Shown: positions 1 to 10,117, counted from the stretch's first letter. The stretch is 64,000 nucleotides of DNA from Candidatus Omnitrophota bacterium (GCA_028865345.1 JAGWKL010000009.1:7382-71381); one strand, 5' to 3'. Notes: generated by a model from the sequence alone, not told the origin. Translations and numbers: made by a program.

Positions 1-506
1 TAATTGGAGGAGGTCCTTACAACGGCGACCAAAGATCAAAGGTCACCCAAATGGGCGCGAAAATAGGCGGCTACGATGATTTCTTAGGTAAGGGCCAGAT
101 CTACGGATACCTGGACGGAGGCAAAAGAATTTGGGACAGGGGAGAAAACGTGCTTCCGGATTACCATGAAAAATATTACTGGATATATACCGGCTTCGGC
201 GCCGGCGTCAGCTATCCGTTTATTTCAAAATTATCCGTCGGCCTGGATGCGGAGATGTTATTTGCCATCAATCCCCGCATGCACGCTGATACCCTGAATG
301 ATACTTTTAAATTAGGCGCCGTCTGGGGCACGGAAGTCAAGCTTCCGATTAAATTCTATGTTTTAAACAATTTATCGCTGGATATCACCCCGTATTTTAC
401 TTATTGGAAGATCCAGGCTTCCGAAGTCTTGCCGGACGGCTATTATGAGCCGGTCAGCAAAACCCATGAAGAAGGCCTGCTGAGCGGCATGACGTATATT
501 TTCTAA
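1..506 (+). CDS. Outer-membrane beta-barrel-like protein, 5'-partial
   Basis: Frame is open from position 3 to the stop at 506. Alternating amphipathic strands and a C-terminal ...GMTYIF aromatic BAM-like signal. Confidence 0.6.
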   Translation, partial: IGGGPYNGDQRSKVTQMGAKIGGYDDFLGKGQIYGYLDGGKRIWDRGENVLPDYHEKYYWIYTGFGAGVSYPFISKLSVGLDAEMLFAINPRMHADTLNDTFKLGAVWGTEVKLPIKFYVLNNLSLDITPYFTYWKIQASEVLPDGYYEPVSKTHEEGLLSGMTYIF

Positions 507-727
507 GCCGATTTATTGTGTGACCCGTCGCAAAAAGGCTTGTTGGCCGAGGTCTTGCAGCCGCACCAGGCTACTTGTTTTTCTTCTGTGATCTCCACGA
601 ATACAGGCCGCATGCCGGTGGGGCCATGGGAGCCGTCACAAAAAGGTTGTTTTTGGGACAGGCCGCAGCTGCACCAGACATACTTTCCGGGCTTGACGTT
701 CATGATGAAGGGATGGTTGTTGTTCAT
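503..727 (-). CDS. CDGSH iron-sulfur domain protein (two CDGSH motifs)
   Basis: WCSCGLS..QPFCDGSH and WCGCKTS..KPFCDGSH. Confidence 0.93.
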   Translation of the reverse strand: MNNNHPFIMNVKPGKYVWCSCGLSQKQPFCDGSHGPTGMRPVFVEITEEKQVAWCGCKTSANKPFCDGSHNKSA

Positions 728-730
728 AGG

Positions 731-985
731 TTATTTCCCCGCTGCCGGTTGAATGGTCTGGCCCAGGCCCCGGATTTGGCCGATAAACAAGCAATTATTG
801 ATATTGTTGTCATAAATATAGACCCGGCCGGTGGTTTGGTCAAAAAATCCTATACGGTCGCTGGTGGTGCTAAAGGGAATGACGCCCGCGAAGCTTTTTT
901 GTTGGGCCCTGCTTTGCATGGTCAGCCCCAGGCAAAAACTCATTGTCGCGATCACGATCACTAAGAAAGCCGCCATTTTATTCAT
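731..985 (-). CDS. Small exported/membrane-anchored hypothetical protein
   Basis: 84 aa with a hydrophobic N-terminus. GAGGAG RBS upstream. Adjacent to the CDGSH gene. Confidence 0.65.
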   Translation of the reverse strand: MNKMAAFLVIVIATMSFCLGLTMQSRAQQKSFAGVIPFSTTSDRIGFFDQTTGRVYIYDNNINNCLFIGQIRGLGQTIQPAAGK

Positions 986-1045
986 AGTTTTCTCCTCACT
1001 TAAATGTTATAATTTTTTTCATTTTAACAGATTCCCCGAAATTGT

Positions 1046-2236
1046 ATGAAAAAATATGATTTCATCATTATAGGCTCGGGCATCATCGGCTTAGGTGTGG
1101 CGCTGGCCCTCAAGGACCGTAAAGAGCAAAGCCGCATTCTGGTCATGGACAAGGAAGCGGCAGAGGCCCAACACGCTTCCGGACGCAACAGCGGCGTGTT
1201 GCATGCGGGCTTCTACTATACGGCAGACAGCCTCAAGGCCAGGTTTACCGTTGAGGGTTCGCGCGCCATGAAAGCCTATGTCAAATCCAGGGGTCTGAAG
1301 ATCAATGAATGCGGGAAATTGGTGGTGGCCCAAAACGAGCATGAGTTGGGGCAACTGGATGAACTTTTGCAAAGGGGAAAACACAACGGTTCCAATGTCA
1401 GGCTGGTGGATGAGGCCGAAGCCTGCCGGATCGAGCCTAACGTCAGGACCTTTAAGCGGGCGTTGTATTCGCCGGACACGGCAAGCATCGATCCCAAGGA
1501 GGTCTGTGCCTCGCTTAAAAATGATCTGCAAAGATCAGGCGTCGAGTTTTCATTTGACACAAAGTATTTGGGCCGCTCGTCCAATATTCTTCAAACCACC
1601 AAGGGAGATTTCGAGGCAGGCAAGATCATCAATGCTGCCGGCCTTTACGCGGACCGCGTGGCCAGGGACTTCGGTTTTGGGTTTAAATATACAATGGTCC
1701 CTTTTAAAGGGCTTTATTTGAAATACACCAGCAATAAGACCGATGTTACCACCAACATTTATCCGGTGCCGAATTTAAAAAACCCGTTTTTAGGGGTGCA
1801 TTACACCAAGACCGTGACAGGGGACATTAAGATCGGGCCTACGGCCATCCCGGCTTTTTGGCGTGAAAATTACGGGGCCGCAAGCGGCTTTTCGGCCCAA
1901 GAGATGGCGGAGGTGTTGTTTTTCGAATCCAAGTTATATCTGACCAATGCCTTTAATTTCCGTTCCCTGGCCCATGAAGAAATGCGTAAATACAACAAGG
2001 AGTATTTTATTTCCCTGGCCGCTTCCATGGTCCGGCATATCGACCCGCAAGGGTTTACGGAATGGACCAAGCCCGGCATCCGGGCGCAGCTTTTGGACAA
2101 GCAAGAGCTCAAGCTCGTCCAGGATTTTGTGGTGGAGGGCGACCACAAAAGCATCCATGTCCTTAATGCCGTGTCTCCGGCCTTTACCTGCGCCTTTCCG
2201 TTTGCCAGGTATGTCGTGGACCAATACGTTATATGA
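1046..2236 (+). CDS. lhgO: L-2-hydroxyglutarate oxidase-like FAD oxidoreductase
   Basis: GSGIIG FAD motif, HASGRNSGVLHAG, PFLGVH, GIRAQ and NAVSPAFT motifs. Confidence 0.85.
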   Translation: MKKYDFIIIGSGIIGLGVALALKDRKEQSRILVMDKEAAEAQHASGRNSGVLHAGFYYTADSLKARFTVEGSRAMKAYVKSRGLKINECGKLVVAQNEHELGQLDELLQRGKHNGSNVRLVDEAEACRIEPNVRTFKRALYSPDTASIDPKEVCASLKNDLQRSGVEFSFDTKYLGRSSNILQTTKGDFEAGKIINAAGLYADRVARDFGFGFKYTMVPFKGLYLKYTSNKTDVTTNIYPVPNLKNPFLGVHYTKTVTGDIKIGPTAIPAFWRENYGAASGFSAQEMAEVLFFESKLYLTNAFNFRSLAHEEMRKYNKEYFISLAASMVRHIDPQGFTEWTKPGIRAQLLDKQELKLVQDFVVEGDHKSIHVLNAVSPAFTCAFPFARYVVDQYVI

Positions 2237-4263
2237 AATCACCTCTTAAAATAGCTTCCCGTTCGAGTCCGCTTGCCCTCGTGCAGATCGACGAGATCAT
2301 CCGTGATTTAAAGGCCCTGGGCAGGTCGGTGGATTATGAAATTCTAAAAATCCAGACCGCCGGAGACATGGACAAGACCACGCCATTGACCCAAAGCTCC
2401 GACGATTTTTTTACCGACGCCATTGACCAGGCCCTGCTGGCAGGCCGGGCAGATATCGCCGTGCACAGCGCCAAAGACCTGCCGCAACATTTGAATGAAG
2501 GCTTAAAGATTTTCGCCCTGACCAAAACTCTCGATGACAAGGACGCCTGGGCAGGCCGGGTGCATTGGAAAGACCTGCCGCCCAATCCAACGATCGGCAC
2601 CAGCAGCCTCCTGCGTCAGCAACAGTTCTTGGGGCTGCGTCCCGATGCCAGGATCGTTCAAATCCGCGGGACCATTCAGGAGCGTCTGCAATTAGTCAAC
2701 AAAGGTGAGGTGGATGGCATTATTGTGGCGGCTTGCGCCCTCAAACGCCTGGGACTGCAGAAGGAAATCAAGGATGTTTTTCCCTGGGAGGGCATGCCTT
2801 TGCAAGGCCAGCTGGCCGTGGTGGGCCGCCGCGGCGATCAGGAATTGGAACAACTATTTGGCGTGATGGATGTCCGCCGCCAATACGGCAAGGTCACGCT
2901 GGTCGGAGCAGGCCCCGGCGACCCGGAATTGATGACCGTCAAGGGACTAAAGTGCCTTGCCCAAGCGGACTGCGTATTTTACGATTATCTGCTGGATGTC
3001 TCTTTATTAAAGCATGCCCCCCAAGCCGAGCATATTTATGCGGGCAAACGCAAAGGCGAGCATTCGCTTTCCCAGGCAGACCTTTCGAGGCTGCTTAAAG
3101 AAAAAGCTTTTGCCGGCAAAAGGGTGGTGCGTCTTAAAGGGGGAGACCCTTTGGTCTTTGGCCGCGGGGCTGACGAGATCCAATACCTGCGTTCCTACCA
3201 TATCGAGGTTGATGTCATTCCGGGCATCAGTTCGGCCACCGGCATTCCTTCTTCGCTGGGCATTCCTTTGACCGCTCGCGGGATTTCTTCGTCGGTTGCC
3301 TTCCTGACCGGCCATGAAGAAGACGAGAATAAAGACCATCCCAGGCAGGTCGCTGTCCCCGAGGCGGACACCCTTGTTTTTTTCATGGGGCTGACCAAAT
3401 TAAACGTGATCGTGCAATCATTAAAAGAATCCGGCCGGCCGCTGACGACACCGGTCATGATCGTTGCCAACGGCACCAGGCCCGGGCAACAGATCGTCCA
3501 GGGTACGCTTGGGACAATAGAAGATTCGGCCCATGTCCATGGTTTAAAGCCTCCCGCGCTTATTATCGTCGGGAAAACCATTGAATTTTATAAGTCCGAC
3601 GGGAAAAAGATTTTCCTGCATTGCGGAACGCACCCTCAAAGCTACAGCCGTTTGGGCACCATTGTGCATTGGCCCATGATCGATATCAAGCCTGCGGCTT
3701 TAAGCAAGGCCCAACAACAAGCTCTGCAGCAGGCTTTTGAATCCGCGGACATCATTGTGTGTACCAGCTGGTATGCGGGAGAGAATTTTGTCAATGCGAT
3801 GAGGGCCGTTGATCCTCAGGCCGATCTTTCAGGCAAGGCTTTTGCCGTCATCGGCCGGCGCACAGCAGGCGCCTTGCAGGAACACGGCATCAAGTCCGCC
3901 GTTGTCTCCCGGGAGGAGACCGCGCAAGGACTGTTTGAAACCATGAGGCGGCATTGGGATTTGAAAGGCAAGCGCATTTTGTTTCCGCGTTCCAATTTGC
4001 CCAACCCGTTTTTAAAAGAAGCGCTGGCGGCCCAGGGGGCGCTGGTCACGGAAATAACGATTTATGAAAACACCAAACCCGCCCGGCGTGATTTGCCGTC
4101 CATGGACATCGAAGGCGTTATTTTCACCAGCCCTTCAACAGTAAGGAATTTTCTGGCGGATTATGGTAAAATACCGGACTCCTGGCAGGTCCTGGCCAAG
4201 GGGCCGGTCACTTTAAAAACATTACAGGAAGAAGGGTACCATCATGCCTCATCGTTATCGTAG
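2233..4263 (+). CDS. Fusion of truncated hydroxymethylbilane synthase (HemC), uroporphyrinogen-III C-methyltransferase (CobA) and uroporphyrinogen-III synthase (HemD)
   Basis: HemC motifs IASRSSPLALVQ, AVHSAKDLP and GTSSLLR. CobA motifs LVGAGPGDPEL and RLKGGDPLVFGRG. HemD-like VIFTSPSTV at the C-terminus. Confidence 0.9.
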   Translation: MKSPLKIASRSSPLALVQIDEIIRDLKALGRSVDYEILKIQTAGDMDKTTPLTQSSDDFFTDAIDQALLAGRADIAVHSAKDLPQHLNEGLKIFALTKTLDDKDAWAGRVHWKDLPPNPTIGTSSLLRQQQFLGLRPDARIVQIRGTIQERLQLVNKGEVDGIIVAACALKRLGLQKEIKDVFPWEGMPLQGQLAVVGRRGDQELEQLFGVMDVRRQYGKVTLVGAGPGDPELMTVKGLKCLAQADCVFYDYLLDVSLLKHAPQAEHIYAGKRKGEHSLSQADLSRLLKEKAFAGKRVVRLKGGDPLVFGRGADEIQYLRSYHIEVDVIPGISSATGIPSSLGIPLTARGISSSVAFLTGHEEDENKDHPRQVAVPEADTLVFFMGLTKLNVIVQSLKESGRPLTTPVMIVANGTRPGQQIVQGTLGTIEDSAHVHGLKPPALIIVGKTIEFYKSDGKKIFLHCGTHPQSYSRLGTIVHWPMIDIKPAALSKAQQQALQQAFESADIIVCTSWYAGENFVNAMRAVDPQADLSGKAFAVIGRRTAGALQEHGIKSAVVSREETAQGLFETMRRHWDLKGKRILFPRSNLPNPFLKEALAAQGALVTEITIYENTKPARRDLPSMDIEGVIFTSPSTVRNFLADYGKIPDSWQVLAKGPVTLKTLQEEGYHHASSLS

Positions 4264-5206
4264 ATTAAGGGCCTCCGCCGCCATCCGCGGGCTTGTGCGC
4301 GAAACCCACCTTTTGGCCGACGATCTGCTGCAGCCTTTTTTTGTGATCGACGGCAAAAATAAAAAAGAGCCCATCGACGCCATGCCGGGCGTTTTTCGTT
4401 ATTCCGTCGATCTATTGCTCAAGGAGATCGCCGCCTGTGTGCGCCTGGGAGCAAAAGGCGGGATACTTTTCGGCGTGTCCCGTCACAAGGACAATACCGG
4501 TAAATATGCCTATGCCGCCAACGGCCCGGTGCCTTGCGCCATTAAGGCCATCAAGAAACATTTCCCGCAATTTTTTATTGTGACCGATGTTTGCCTTTGC
4601 GCTTACATGGGCCATGGCCATTGCGGCATCGTTGAGGCCCAAAAGATCAACAATGATAAAACCCTGCCGGTGTTGGCCAGGATGGCCTTATGCCATGCCC
4701 AGGCCGGGGCCGATATGGTGGCCCCGTCGGACATGATGGATTTTCGCGTGGCTGCCATCAGGCAGGCCCTGAATAAGGAAAATTTTCAGGACGTGGGTAT
4801 ATTGTCCTACGCGGTCAAATATGCTTCGGCCTATTACGGCCCCTTCCGTGAGGCCGCGCATTCGGCGCCTGGCTTCGGCGACCGCAGGAGTTACCAGATG
4901 GATGCCGCCAACAGCCGGGAAGCTCTTAAAGAAGCCCTGCAGGATCTGGACGAAGGCGCGGACATGGTGATGGTCAAACCGGCGCTGGTTTATTTGGACA
5001 TCGTCTCCCTGCTGCGCCGGAAATTGAATGTGCCCATCGTGGCCTATAATGTGAGCGGAGAATACGCCATGGTCAAGGCCGCGGCCCAAAACGGCTGGAT
5101 CGATGAGAGATCATTGGTGTTGGAAACATTGACTTCCATCAAGCGCGCCGGGGCGGACATCATCATTTCCTACCACGCGAAGGCGGCCCTCGAATGGCTT
5201 CGATGA
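4244..5206 (+). CDS. hemB: Porphobilinogen synthase
   Basis: DVCLCAYMGHGHCG Zn site, APSDMMD, YYGPFREA and MVKPA. Confidence 0.97.
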   Translation: MPHRYRRLRASAAIRGLVRETHLLADDLLQPFFVIDGKNKKEPIDAMPGVFRYSVDLLLKEIAACVRLGAKGGILFGVSRHKDNTGKYAYAANGPVPCAIKAIKKHFPQFFIVTDVCLCAYMGHGHCGIVEAQKINNDKTLPVLARMALCHAQAGADMVAPSDMMDFRVAAIRQALNKENFQDVGILSYAVKYASAYYGPFREAAHSAPGFGDRRSYQMDAANSREALKEALQDLDEGADMVMVKPALVYLDIVSLLRRKLNVPIVAYNVSGEYAMVKAAAQNGWIDERSLVLETLTSIKRAGADIIISYHAKAALEWLR

Positions 5207-6462
5207 ATACGGCCCAAAAAGTCATGGTGGGCGGCGTCAACAGTCCGGTGCGCGCTTTCAAGGCCGTGGGCGGAAACCCCCTGGTGATGGCCCAAGGCCG
5301 GGGCAGCAAACTTTTCGACATCAATGGCCGCAGTTACACCGATTATTGCCTTTCCTGGGGCGCATTGATCCTGGGCCACGCCCATCCTGATGTCACGGCG
5401 GCCGTATGCAAAGCGGCCCGAAAGGGCACCAGTTTCGGCACCACAACCTCGCCTGAGATCGAAATAGCCCGGTTTATCGTCAAGCATGTGCCGTCGGTGG
5501 ACATGGTGCGGTTTGTCAATTCAGGCACCGAAGCCACGATGAGCGCGGTGCGCTTAAGCAGGGGTTTTACTAAGCGCCGCAAGATCATCAAGTTCGACGG
5601 CTGTTACCACGGCCACAGCGACGATCTTTTGGCCGTGGCAGGTTCAGGGGTGGCTTTTCTGCCGGCCTCATCAAGCCAGGGAATTCCGAAAGCCCACATG
5701 CAAGACACCTTAAGTCTGCCTTTTAATGATACGCAGACCCTGCAGCATACCATTGAACGCCATCATGCGGACCTTGCCTGCGTCATCGTAGAGCCTGTGG
5801 CCGGCAATATGGGCGTCATCAATCCGCACCTTGATTTCCTTAAAACCTTACGTGCCCTGACCAAAAAATACGGCATTGTGCTTATTTTTGATGAAGTGAT
5901 GTGCGGGCTGCGTTCCGGTCTTGGCTGTGTCCAGGCCGATCTGGGGATCATTCCCGATCTTACCTGTCTGGGCAAGATCATCGGCGGCGGGTTCCCGGTC
6001 GGGGCGTATGGCGGAAGAAGGGACATCATGAAGTGCCTTTCGCCTTTGGGCGGCGTTTATCAGGCCGGCACCTTTTCAGGTACGCCTGTTGTCATGCAGG
6101 CAGGCCTGGCCGTTTTAAAGAATTTGACCCCTAAGATGTATAAAGATCTTAACACCATCTGTGATGATTTTGTCGGGCGGACAAACCTTGTTTTGAGGCG
6201 GGCTAAGGTAAAAGCCCATCTGGTCAATTATAAAAGCATGATCAGCATCCGTTTTTCGGATAATCCTGTTGATAATTATGCCCAAGCCAGGCAGGCTTCG
6301 TCCGATAAACTTTATGCGAAATTGTTCCATCATTTATTGCGCCGCGGGATCTATCTTCCCCCGGCGGATTTGGAATCTTTCTTTGTTTCCAGCCGCCACT
6401 CGCTGAAGGACATCAATGCTTTGGGCCGGGCCCTTCAGGACTTTTTTACCGGCCGGCGTTAA
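5203..6462 (+). CDS. hemL: Glutamate-1-semialdehyde 2,1-aminomutase
   Basis: GGVNSPVRAF, NSGTEATM, FDEV and GKIIGGG. ATGA overlap with the hemB stop supports a start at 5203. Confidence 0.97.
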   Translation: MNTAQKVMVGGVNSPVRAFKAVGGNPLVMAQGRGSKLFDINGRSYTDYCLSWGALILGHAHPDVTAAVCKAARKGTSFGTTTSPEIEIARFIVKHVPSVDMVRFVNSGTEATMSAVRLSRGFTKRRKIIKFDGCYHGHSDDLLAVAGSGVAFLPASSSQGIPKAHMQDTLSLPFNDTQTLQHTIERHHADLACVIVEPVAGNMGVINPHLDFLKTLRALTKKYGIVLIFDEVMCGLRSGLGCVQADLGIIPDLTCLGKIIGGGFPVGAYGGRRDIMKCLSPLGGVYQAGTFSGTPVVMQAGLAVLKNLTPKMYKDLNTICDDFVGRTNLVLRRAKVKAHLVNYKSMISIRFSDNPVDNYAQARQASSDKLYAKLFHHLLRRGIYLPPADLESFFVSSRHSLKDINALGRALQDFFTGRR

Positions 6463-6477
6463 TATTTTAAGCCTCTT

Positions 6478-6686
6478 TTGAATTTTGAATGGGTGCTTAC
6501 GGGTATTGATGAGCGGGTGGCGGCGAGCTGGTGTTGTCGAGCGCACGCTGCCTGTTCCGTACAGCGCATCAGGGAAACCACTTTTCAATACGGCTATTGG
6601 ACCCGCACCCATCAAAGGAGCACGACAATACCAGCGAGTCGCCAGGACCCGCCTAGATTAAGCATAGTTATCCATTCAAAATTCAA
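6478..6686. repeat. 209-bp long-hairpin element with 15-bp perfect terminal inverted repeats (MITE-like or structured ncRNA)
   Basis: TTGAATTTTGAATGG (6478-6492) pairs with CCATTCAAAATTCAA (6672-6686). Nested internal pairings include GCTGGTGTTGTCG/CGACAATACCAGC. Confidence 0.6.
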
Positions 6687-6780
6687 TGGATCCTATTTTA
6701 AGATATTTTTCCCAAACCCTTTCTTTTTGGCGGTCTTTTTGTTATCCTTATAGAAGAGGCCCTGAATCGGCCTAAAGCCT

Positions 6781-7122
6781 ATGTTCAATCCCATGAGAAA
6801 TAATGAGCAGCGCAGCCAACCGCGTGTCACCCTGGAGTTGCCCGTTACCGTCAGCATCGGATCGCAGCTGAGCGTCAAAGGCCAGCTTAAAGACCTTGCC
6901 GTCAACAGCGCCTTCATCAAGATCAAAAACAGCATTTATTTGAATGTTAACGATGAGATAGGGCTGGCCATTTCAGATTTGCCGGATGATCCTGATGCGC
7001 AGATCCAGGTGACCGCCCGGATCTCCCGTATCGTGCCGGGGGAGGGTTTTGCCGTTTATTTTACCGGAGTAGATGAAGAATCCTTAAAGTACATCAAGAA
7101 ATTCCTTCCCAAAGATCAATAA
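6781..7122 (+). CDS. PilZ domain protein (degenerate second motif)
   Basis: EQRSQPR matches RxxxR. DLAVNS replaces DxSxxG. PilZ-size beta-barrel pattern. Confidence 0.8.
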   Translation: MFNPMRNNEQRSQPRVTLELPVTVSIGSQLSVKGQLKDLAVNSAFIKIKNSIYLNVNDEIGLAISDLPDDPDAQIQVTARISRIVPGEGFAVYFTGVDEESLKYIKKFLPKDQ

Positions 7123-7143
7123 TCAGGACAGCCGTTCATCACC

Positions 7144-8376
7144 ATGCACAAACGCATTTCAATCATCGGCGGGGGAATATCGGGCCTGGCTGTTTTGCAT
7201 TATTTGAAACAGCGCTTCGGGGACGATGCCGATATCTCTCTTTTTGAGAAAGAAGCGTCCGCCGGCGGCACAGTCCGCAGCCTGAAAAAAGATTCCTTCC
7301 TCTTTGAATGGGGGCCTGACGGGTTTTTGGACAATCAACCCGTTACGTTGGAGCTTATCGCGCAACTGGGTCTGGAAGACCGGCTCATCGGGGCCAGGCC
7401 TGAGGCCGCCACGCGTTATATTCAAATCGAGGGAAGATTATATCCTGTCCCCTTGGACCCTGTTGGTTTGATGCGTTCGCGGTTATTGTCCTCCCATGAT
7501 AAATGGTCCTTGATCAAAGGCCTGTTCAAAAGAAATATTTCCACCGACGTCTCCATCTATGATTATGTCAGCCGGCGCTTTTCTTGCGGGATCGCCGAGG
7601 CCCTGGTCGATCCTTTCATCAGCGGGATTTATGCCGGGGACATCCGGCGGCTGCATATGTCCGCTTTTCCTAAATTCAAAGGCCGGAAGTTCAAAAAGAG
7701 CCGCATGTGTTCTTTTAAAGGGGGCATGGGAGAGATCATCGAAGCCCTGGCTGACCGTTATAAAAATTGTATTCAAACAAGCTCGCCCGTAGCATCAATC
7801 CCGCCCGATATGGACATTACGGTTGTGGCGACACCTGCTTACGCCGCGGCCAGGATCGTTAAAAACGTCAATCCTGACCTGGCCCAAATCCTTGGCCTTT
7901 TCCCCTATGCGCCGGTGGCGGTGGCGGGCCTGGCCTTTAAACGCGATTCTTTCAAAAAAATTCCTGACGGCTTCGGATACCTGGTCCCTTCCAAGGAGCA
8001 TAAAGAGATTTTGGGAGTGCTCATCGAAAGCAATGTATATTCCCATCGGGCGCCGGAGGGCCATGTGATGCTGCGTGTCATTCTGGGAGGCATGCATCAT
8101 CCCCAGACCATCAACGACGCGCAAGAGAGGGTCCTTGTCAAAGCAGTCAAAGAGATCGATTCTGTTTATGGGCTGGTTTCCAATCCCATTGAAGGTTTTG
8201 TCAAATTTTGGCCCCAGGCCATCCCGCAATACGAAATAAATTATCCGCAAAACAGGCGCTCCATTGCCCTGGAATGCGCCAAAACGCCGGGACTGCATTT
8301 ATGCGCCAATTATTTGGACGGTATTTCCTTCAACGACTGCATTGCCGCTGCCAGGTCACTGGCGCTTGCTATATAG
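7144..8376 (+). CDS. hemY: Protoporphyrinogen/coproporphyrinogen oxidase, HemY-type
   Basis: IIGGGISGL, FEWGPDGF, GIYAGD, GFGYLVP and AIPQY. Confidence 0.88.
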   Translation: MHKRISIIGGGISGLAVLHYLKQRFGDDADISLFEKEASAGGTVRSLKKDSFLFEWGPDGFLDNQPVTLELIAQLGLEDRLIGARPEAATRYIQIEGRLYPVPLDPVGLMRSRLLSSHDKWSLIKGLFKRNISTDVSIYDYVSRRFSCGIAEALVDPFISGIYAGDIRRLHMSAFPKFKGRKFKKSRMCSFKGGMGEIIEALADRYKNCIQTSSPVASIPPDMDITVVATPAYAAARIVKNVNPDLAQILGLFPYAPVAVAGLAFKRDSFKKIPDGFGYLVPSKEHKEILGVLIESNVYSHRAPEGHVMLRVILGGMHHPQTINDAQERVLVKAVKEIDSVYGLVSNPIEGFVKFWPQAIPQYEINYPQNRRSIALECAKTPGLHLCANYLDGISFNDCIAAARSLALAI

Positions 8377-8400
8377 CCCATCTGGTGAGATAATATATCC

Positions 8401-9564
8401 ATGATCTCTCCTTCAGAAGCGCACAGGCTTATCTTGAATGCGGCCAGACTTTTTCCTGTAGAAACAATTCCTTTGACAAAAGCGGTGGGACGCGTTTTGC
8501 GTGAAGACATTAAAAGCGACCGCGACCAGCCGCCTTTCAGCAAAAGCCTGATGGACGGCATTGCAGTTTCTTATGAAGCCTGGATAAAAGGGCAAAGAAA
8601 ATTCAATATCGAAGCCGTGGTCGCGGCAGGGGTGTCGCCCAAGCCTTTAAAAAAGCCTTCAGGCTGTGTGCGCATCATGACCGGGGCCGTTGTTCCCAAA
8701 GGCTGTGACTGTGTTGTCCCGGTGGAGCAGGTCCAGGTGGATGAAAATTTCGCCCTGTGCAAAGACTGGACCATGATCAAAAAACACCAATTCATCCGCT
8801 CCCAGGCTTCCGACGGTAAAAAAGGGGACATTCTGCTTAAATCCGGCAGGCGGCTTTGGGCGCCTCATATCGGCATTGCCGCCGGTGTCGGAAAATCCAG
8901 GATCAAGGTCAGCCGCCTGCCGGCCATTGCGGTTGTGGCCACAGGGGATGAGCTGGTGGACATCCATCGCCTTGTCAAGCCATACCAGACCCGCCTTTCC
9001 AATTCCTACGCGCTGCAAGCCTTGCTGGACCAGGCCCAGTTGGGAGAGGTAAAAATTTTCCACCTGCGCGACAATGAAAAGCTCATGCGGCAGGGCATCA
9101 AGGATATTTTAGGCAAATTCGATTGCATGATTTTAAGCGGGGGAGTGTCCATGGGAGAATTTGATTATGTCCCCCGTGTCCTGGAGCAGTTGGGGATCAA
9201 ACAATCCTTTCATAAGGTTTCCCAGAAACCCGGCAAACCTTTCTGGTTCGGGGTCTCCAAAAACGGCAAGGCCATTTTCGCCCTGCCGGGCAATCCGGTC
9301 TCCACCCAAATTTGCGCCTACCGCTATGTCATCCCGTATTTAAAAAAGACCGTGGGGCTCGAGGTCAAACAGGAATTCATTTCCGTCCTGGACAAAGTCA
9401 ACATCCAATCCGACCTGACGCATTTTTTGCCGGTGGCCCAGGGGCATTTAGTCGCGATCAGCGGGTCCGGTGATTTTGCGGCCCTGGGAGAGGCCGACGG
9501 GTTTATTGAATATGAAAGCTACAAATCACAAACTCTTTGGCCTTATTTTAGCTGGCGGGTATAG
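8401..9564 (+). CDS. moeA: Molybdopterin molybdotransferase
   Basis: PPFSKSLMDG, RIMTGA, TGDEL, SGGVSMG, KPGKP and LPGNP. Confidence 0.95.
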   Translation: MISPSEAHRLILNAARLFPVETIPLTKAVGRVLREDIKSDRDQPPFSKSLMDGIAVSYEAWIKGQRKFNIEAVVAAGVSPKPLKKPSGCVRIMTGAVVPKGCDCVVPVEQVQVDENFALCKDWTMIKKHQFIRSQASDGKKGDILLKSGRRLWAPHIGIAAGVGKSRIKVSRLPAIAVVATGDELVDIHRLVKPYQTRLSNSYALQALLDQAQLGEVKIFHLRDNEKLMRQGIKDILGKFDCMILSGGVSMGEFDYVPRVLEQLGIKQSFHKVSQKPGKPFWFGVSKNGKAIFALPGNPVSTQICAYRYVIPYLKKTVGLEVKQEFISVLDKVNIQSDLTHFLPVAQGHLVAISGSGDFAALGEADGFIEYESYKSQTLWPYFSWRV

Positions 9565-10117
9565 CACGCGCATGGGGCGGGACAAGGCCCTGCTTTCCTT
9601 TCACGGCAAACCTCAGGTGGAATACGTTGGCGGCCTCCTGCAACAATTCTGCAAAAAAGTTTTCCTGTCGAAAAGGGCCGACCAGCCGCCGTACAAGGCC
9701 TTTGACTCCATCGATGATGCTCCTGAATTTTCCGGCCAGGGCCCTTTAAGCGGGATTTTATCTGCCATGAAGGAATACCGGGGCCATGACTGGCTGGTTA
9801 TGGCCTGTGATCTGCCCCTGGCGGGCGAGGAAGCGGTCCGAACGCTTCTCGCCGGCCGGGACCGCAGCAAAACAGCCACGGCTTTTATCAGCACCCATGA
9901 CCAATTGCCTGAACCTTTATGCGCCGTTTGGGAAGGGCATGCCTACGCCGCCATCTTAAAATCATTCAACGAAGGCATTCATTGCCCGCGCAAAATCCTG
10001 CTCAAAAGCGATGCCGCTTTGGTCAGCCAAACAAATCCGCATTGGCTGGACAACATCAACACCCTTAAAGAGTACGAAGCATTAATAAAGACCGCGCCGT
10101 TTGTTTTTTCCCGTTAA
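9512..10117 (+). CDS. mobA: Molybdenum cofactor guanylyltransferase
   Basis: LILAGGYSTRMGRDKA, GPLSG, ACDLP and EPL. ATG at 9512 chosen as start. Confidence 0.9.
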   Translation: MKATNHKLFGLILAGGYSTRMGRDKALLSFHGKPQVEYVGGLLQQFCKKVFLSKRADQPPYKAFDSIDDAPEFSGQGPLSGILSAMKEYRGHDWLVMACDLPLAGEEAVRTLLAGRDRSKTATAFISTHDQLPEPLCAVWEGHAYAAILKSFNEGIHCPRKILLKSDAALVSQTNPHWLDNINTLKEYEALIKTAPFVFSR

